A DNA stretch of 64,000 nucleotides from Macrostomum lignano (Eukaryota): assembly GCA_002269645.1 (NCBI GenBank), contig NIVC01001950.1:62001-126000 (forward strand). Reading direction: 5' to 3'. This document shows, in pieces, positions 57,643 through 64,000 of this stretch. The notes below the pieces were generated by a model. That model had not been told where the DNA came from and did not search any database. It was given only the letters and a program-made list of their open reading frames with translations. The translations under genes and the position numbers were made by a program. Each line of letters begins with the position of its first letter. Position 1 is the stretch's first letter.

Positions 57643-60096
57643 GTTGGTGCTGTCCCGTCGGCCGCTTGCTGGATGGTCCTAGTTTGTGCCGGTGCCAATG
57701 GTACCCAGAGTAAAGCACCATGGCAGCTGCAGGTCTCGGTGGGATCAGAGCAGCAGCAAACTAGCTGCCTGTAGATGATCCCTGCCTGCGTCCGGCTCAC
57801 GTGGTGCGTGTAGCGAATACCTTTCATGTCGAGCAGATTGGCAGCGCTGATGTATTCCATCCATGTGTCGATTTCCGCCGATGTCACTGTGAACAGTTTG
57901 GTCTTCAGTTGTTTCTCCGCATTGAGCACTCGCAGCATGTCGTCTAGTGAAGCAACATCAGTTCCTGCTGCTGCAGCTGCGTCGCATTGTCGCTTGATGT
58001 TGCCGCCCACTCCGTCCGCGGCACCTTTGCCATGTCCAGCCTCCGTGTAGATCCATTGCCAGTCGCTGATGTTTCGCCTGCGCATAAGCTCATCAAAGCC
58101 AAAGATATTCTTCTTGTTACGATATTGGCTGCTGGGCGAGTCCGAAATGATGCTGACTCGCCCGATGCCGGAAGCTGCGAAGTGGTCTAGGACAAGGCTA
58201 AGATGTGCTGCTATGGCACCAGCAACCTGGAGATTCAGATAAAGATGCATTCCGGTTAAAATATTGGAAGTTGGGTCTATTTCTACAAGTTTTCCCTAAC
58301 ACTTCTTTCAGACAAAAATGTCTTACTTTGCGGTTGTCATCAGACAGCGATGCGAAGGACTTTGCGATCACTTTGGGGTTGCCTGGTACCCTCCAGTAGG
58401 CGACGCCTTGGTGGATGGTCACCTCACTGTGGCCACCAAAGTGTGCAGCTGTAACTTCAGTTCCGTACTTGAGTCTGTAGTTCTCGGAGAAGTCCACATG
58501 CAGGAGCAGGTGACCTGGCTTTAGAGACGCCTTCAGTTGTTCAATTGCTACATATTGATGACGAATTCGCATGTAGTGGCCAGCATAGTCAGAGAGGTCC
58601 TTGTCTAGCTTGGCGATGATCTCCTCCTTGGTGGCTGTTTTGTCGATCAGTTTCGTAGATTGGAACCTGGATTCCTGAACAATTTCCCAGGCCTTGTAGT
58701 GCACGGTTTCTAAAGCTGGTCCCTCTGGATTGATGGCAGTCTTGTTTTGGCAGCTTGTGCACTGTCTTTTAAAGCAAGCATGCTGTTCAGAGTTGGTACA
58801 GATGATTGTTTTCAGCAGCTTATGCTTGTCCTTAGACCTGACAAGCTTGACCGCATGCATGGCAGCGAGAAGCAGCTACAAACAAAATAGTGCAAATCAA
58901 GGTGCAAGTGCAATTTGGGCGTCGTGCAGTGTGCAGTGTGCTATAGACTTGTGAAATGGTGTTAGTTATTACAAACAACTAAAATTAGTAAAATTACACA
59001 GTATTAGTATTTTACATACATCAAGGTTGGTGCATTGCTTGCAAAGACACTGGTCCCGGTCATCCAGCCGTGGCTTGACAATGTACCGCGGTTTCCACTT
59101 GTAGAAACTGCTTCTGCTCACTTTGCAATTCGGATGCTCCTTCTTGAACTTCTTGAAAAGGGCGTTCCGAGTGCGAAGGAGATACCTCTTCTGGTGATGG
59201 ACTCCCTTGACGCAGATGGTCTCCTTCTTGGAAGCACTGGCGCGTGTGTTGTCATCTCGCTCGTAGAACTTGATGACCAGGGCTTCTTGTTGGCGCTCGA
59301 CCCGATGCTTTTGTACCTTCTTCACAACCTTGTGGGTGCATTGGAGTTTCTTTAGGACCTTCTCTCGAATGTTGGCAGGTGCAGACTTGCAGATCTTGGA
59401 CACGGTGAGTCGGACGGCAGTCAGCTTCTTGTTGGACACCAGGGCATCGATGATGTGGTCGGTCGTTTCGACATCCTCAGCAGATGAAACCTGAAAACCT
59501 AAAACGGGGTAGGCGGATGATTTTTGTGCAGATTTAAGCTCCCTAATCTTTTTGCGAAGCCTCTCTGATTCAGCTCCAGCAGCCACCATCCGGTTCGTGA
59601 GCTTTGCTCGCTCTCTCTGAGTTGCAGCGGCAGACTTCAGGTTGGACTTGGTCACAACAGTACTGTCAGCAGTCTGGACGTCGGCCTCGGTCATCACAGT
59701 ACTGTCAGTCTGGACGTCGGCCTCGGTTGTCACAGTACTGTCAGCAGTCTGGACGTCGGCCTCGGTCATCACAGTACTGTCAGTCTGGACTTCGGTCTCA
59801 GTTGTCACAGCACTGTCAGCCTTTGAATCCACAGTACCTGCGTCCTCAGCGGTGATGGTGGCTGCTGCTGAATCACGGAGTTCCTGCTTCTTCTTGGCTC
59901 TTGACTTGGCCATGGCCTTCCGCTTTTGCTCACGACGAACACTCAGCTCTTCATCTGTTGCCGTGGCAAGCTGCTTCTGGTAGCGATTGCGGTCAGACTC
60001 ACGTCGGCGCTCCTTGAAGGTGGGGTCCATGGCTTTCTGTTCCTGATATTGTTGAACAGAGCTGAGCTTCCTCTTGGAGCACTTGGTCTTCGTCAT
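57384..60096 (-). CDS. Spliced transposase (~820 aa) with C-terminal RG-repeat and PHD finger; exons 59020-60096, 58327-58875, 57384-58226
   Basis: Phase 0 GT-AG introns join CKQCTNLD/LLLAAM and DDNRK/VAGAI. Motifs VDFSENY, SDSPSSQYRN, GHGKGAADGVGG.IKR; PHD C..C..CDGCDDWFH..C..C..C. Confidence 0.88.
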
Positions 60097-60424
60097 ATCT
60101 GAAACTGTGAATTAGCAAAAATTACAGTAGCACATAGTACATAAACTATACTATGTACTACTGTAATTCTTGCTTTTTCTCAACACTTGTACAACATAGA
60201 ATTGTGAGTAAACTTGAGTGCTTTACTTTTGCAATGTGCAAGGTGCAAAGTGCAAGGATTTACACTGCTAACAAATCCATTTGAACTTACAAAATTTTTA
60301 ATAGTTAAATAATAAAATCATTTTGTTTTCATTGTGCTATACCTCATCATGCACAATACAATTGTTGCTATAAATTTGCAAGACTCCAAACCAGAATGTT
60401 TTTGTCTGCTTCGAAAATTAGAAA

Positions 60425-60585
60425 ATTGAAGGTTTAAGTATTTCTCTTCTTGAGGTTTCCAGTGCTTTTAGTGATATATTGAAGGTTCAAGTATTTCTCT
60501 TCTTGAGGTTTCCAGTGCTTTTAGTGATATATTGAAGGTTCAAGTATTTCTCTTCTTGAGGTTTCCAGTGCTTTTAGTGATATAT
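60425..60585. repeat. 53-bp tandem repeat, three copies, inside the Sola element
   Basis: ATTGAAGG starts at 60425, 60478 and 60531. Confidence 0.9.
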
Positions 60586-60999
60586 TTGTATGGACCAGTC
60601 ACTAAAGCAGGGTTGGGGGTTGCTATTATATAGCATATATACTGTGCTTTCCACTCACCATTGTCTTTATCTTTTATATCTAGTTATGTAACAATTGTTG
60701 CCTTATTTTTAACCTGGGTTATTGATCTAATAAATGAAAAGAAGCTTTGTCAATTATCAGTCACATCTTTTGGGTATATTGCCAGTCTGCAAATAGTGTT
60801 TTAATAATTTATTCATTAATCAATTCAACATTAGTGAATAGAATTGGCCATGATCTGCAAGTGTATCAAGGGATTCAGTTAGCTGTCCTAAAATGCTAAA
60901 CTAGTTTATAACAAAATGAAAAATACCAAAACTGCCTTACTAGTTGTTTGAAGTGTATTATACATAGAAATTATAAAAGTACACTTATTCAACACCTTA

Positions 61000-61675
61000 T
61001 TTGGAAGCCGGGTAACACATTAGAATTCCCATAAGGATTGGAAAATCGCGTTTTTCTCAGCTTCTACAATACCTATCAAGAAAATTCTTTTTTTCCTGCA
61101 TACACGCCGCGATGATACACATTTAAGTGAAGTTTCACGATACCTGGTTGCTTAATAAGCTTACAGTAAGCGCTTACTTTGGAAGCCGGGTAACACATTA
61201 GAATTCCCATAAGGATTGGAAAATCGCGTTTTTCTCAGCTTCTACAATACCTATCAAGAAAATTCTTTTTTTCCTGCATACACGCCGCGATGATACACAT
61301 TTAAGTGAAGTTTCACGATACCTGGTTGCTTAATAAGCTTACAGTAAGCGCTTACTTTGGAAGCCGGGTAACACATTAGAATTCCCATAAGGATTGGAAA
61401 ATCGCGTTTTTCTCAGCTTCTACAATACCTATTGAGAAAATTCTTTTTTTCCTGCATACACGCCGCGATGATACACATTTAAGTGAAGTTTCACGATACC
61501 TGGTTGCTTAATAAGCTTACAGTAAGCGCTTACTTTGGAAGCCGGGTAACACATTAGAATTCCCATAAGGATTGGAAAATCGCGTTTTTCTCAGCTTCTA
61601 CAATACCTATTGAGAAAATTCTTTTTTTCCTGCATACACGCCGCGATGATGCATATTTAAGTGTAAGTTTATGAT
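61000..61675. repeat. 178-bp tandem repeat, ~3.8 near-identical copies, inside the Sola element
   Basis: GGAAGCCGGG starts at 61003, 61181, 61359 and 61537. Confidence 0.95.
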
Positions 61676-64000
61676 ATTTCATTGCTTACTTCGTCTACAG
61701 GATGCATTTGATTTGATTTCCGGATTTAAATTTTGTGGTCCAAAATTTTTCACTGAAATTTTTAAAGCCTGAATATGGCCTATTATGAACAATACCATGA
61801 TACAAGTCAATACTTAAATCAAAGAAGACATCTTAAAGATTATTTTGCAACAAGAAATAAGTGGTATACTTACTTCGGGAGAAAAAGGTTTGCTGGCAAA
61901 GTTTGCGCTTTGAGTTAGTATCGAGTTTTTGAGAGTTTAGGTGGTTTTAGAAAAAGTTCAAAATCTTTTGAACTGCTTGTTCTTTTTAAAAAAATAAAAA
62001 GTAAAACACAGAATTCTTTCTCCTTTGTAAGCAAAAGAAAAAATTAGCCCTTTTTGAGACTAAAAAGTCTTATAATTAATTGTTTATTTGCAAAAAAAGT
62101 GAAAAAAAATAATCGCGAAGGTGTCAATACGCACTTTAAAAAATGTTTTTTTAGTGGTTTTGCTCGTTTATTCAGCAATGCAGTGGTATAAAAATGAAAG
62201 TTTGTGTCCTGAACTTTTTTTTAAAGACTTACCTGTCCTTTAAAATGCTTTTTCGGATACATTACCTTCCATTCATAGTCCGCAGATTTGTTTTACCGCT
62301 TTATCCCACGTTTTTGGATTTCGCCTATGGCTTTGGAGTAGTGAACAAATATTAGTTAATGAAGTTTATTAAAGTTTATTAAGCAGGCTGAATATTAAAG
62401 ATAAATATGACTCGACACTACTTAGATAAGACGGAGAAGGCAACTAAATGAAACAAACTAAAACAACTAGATAACTAACAATAGAGACAACCAGAAAACT
62501 CAAGTAGCAAGTTAAACACATGAAACGGGTATAATCAAATCCCGCAACGGGAGTGATGTCATTCCAAAATTTGGGAAACACAGCATACACCATGCTCATG
62601 CAAAAATATTCCAAATGTCAAGTTCAAGTTTATACGTGGCAACTCACCTGCTACATTAGTAGCATATTCAAGAAAGGCTAAATTTATAGAACTTAATTGT
62701 AATCCCAATGCTAATACCATCAATTTTAAATAGTCTTAACTTATATAAAGTTATTTCTTAATGTGTGCGCAAATATATTGTTACTTATTACTAACAAGCC
62801 ATAGTTAGGAAAGTGGAAGTGGCATATGTACACGCTGGAATTAAATTCGGAAAAGGCCATATTACGGAAAGTTTTCTATGTATGCCGGACACATTTTCAT
62901 TGAATTTTTAGTTGTACGCCAACAAATAGGCATAATTTTAAATGTATGCAAGCTTTCTTAATCCATAGTCCGGATCATGGCAGGGAGTATGCCAAACTAA
63001 AACTTGATAGATCCACAGTTTGTACGCCAATGTACGCCAAATTTTTTGCCTTCCCTAACTGTATGCCACTTACAGGTACAAATTTCCTACTTCAAAACTA
63101 TTCAATAAAAAGTTGAATAGTTTCCAACTCCAAGATACCAATAGTACACTATATACTATAATTATTATATTATATTATATTATATTTTATTACTATATTA
63201 TTCTATAGAACAATAGATAGGAATATATTTTGTTAAAGTGAATGCATTTCTAACATAAATTCCATTTTTAAATTATTGTGCAAATTCCTAAAAAATACCA
63301 ATGTTTATGTACATTACATTGCAATTGCAACAGCAACACCATATTGCGTATGGTTCTTCTTGTATGCTAGAAGCATTTTCTGGAAATTTCGAAGTGTACG
63401 CCAGCCTACCAACGAAGTGTATGTCAGCCTACCAACTGTGCGCCAACACCAGGCTAATGTGCTACCGCTTTTGTCAAGCTAATTTAAGTGAATTTTTATA
63501 CAGAACCTATTTTATTCACTATGTTCCTACTGGTATGTACGCTGGCTTTGCTCAACAAAGCCGCACAGGCATATGAAAACAATGGAATCCAGTTAAAGTA
63601 GTCATGCACATGATCGGCCAGGTCCTTCAGTTGCCGCCAATGAAACAGCAGCTTGACAGCTGGTCCAGTCACTTGTTGACAACCTTGCTAGTTGAATACT
63701 TTTTGTCCTTGAAGCATCCTCAAAGAATAGGTGGAAGTGGAGCCGAATTCCGCGTGTAGTGTCCCCCTTATAATAAAGCTTCGCTGCAATATCGAGGAAC
63801 CGCTCGAGAGCATTGCTGCCAACTGGGGGCAGCATCCAACTGGGTTCGCAGCTTGGCCCAAAGCTGCAACGTGCTAAATGACTGAGGCCCCTGCTGCTGC
63901 TGCGACCGCATGGTTGCATAGAATGACTCTACAATGGCCTCTATAAATTTGGGGATGCAAAAGTACTTGGATATGAATGCCTACTTCAAATGTACGTACA

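Larger units (their letters stand above)
55291..62325 (-). mobile_element. Sola-like (probably Sola2) DNA transposon, 7.0 kb
   Basis: 22-bp perfect TIR GGCGAAATCCAAAAACGTGGGA (55291-55312, 62304-62325), 4-bp TSD TATG, central spliced transposase gene. Confidence 0.85.

Noticed and set aside
61000-61675. Centromeric satellite assignment based on the 178-bp length
   Set aside because: Only about four copies inside a transposon; length alone is not evidence.
63602-63919. 105-aa minus-strand ORF at the right edge
   Set aside because: No recognisable motif or confident splice sites; it may be an exon of a gene outside the window but cannot be supported here.

Overview
Eukaryotic (animal) genomic DNA with GC-rich exons, GT-AG introns filled with minisatellites, and AT-rich intergenic DNA. 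The style resembles a free-living flatworm such as Macrostomum, which is an inference only. No prokaryotic features or CRISPR arrays are present. From left to right: (1) the 5' end of a Cys-loop, nicotinic-receptor-like ion channel gene (minus strand) with two tandem, mutually incompatible N-terminal exons; (2) two tandem 10-exon CLCA-like genes (6244-13275 and 14776-36576); (3) in intron 5 of the second CLCA gene, a nested stack of mobile elements: a Mag-like LTR remnant containing a CACTA/EnSpm element that contains a TRIM-like element, plus a MITE; (4) in intron 8 of the same gene, a nested intronless gene for two C-type lectin domains, mucin-like repeats and a LamG-like domain; (5) a calmodulin-like gene and an NHL-repeat gene; (6) a Ty3/gypsy element with a cold-shock domain between the Gag zinc knuckle and the protease; (7) a Sola-like DNA transposon whose spliced transposase ends in a PHD finger. 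The most coherent novel signal is in the CLCA pair. Both have lost the HExxH zinc motif, both lack the loop carrying the CLCA self-cleavage site, and both carry an RRKR furin-type site in the same small exon, which suggests a switch from autoproteolysis to convertase processing. Exon structures and domain calls were made by eye; no searches were run.
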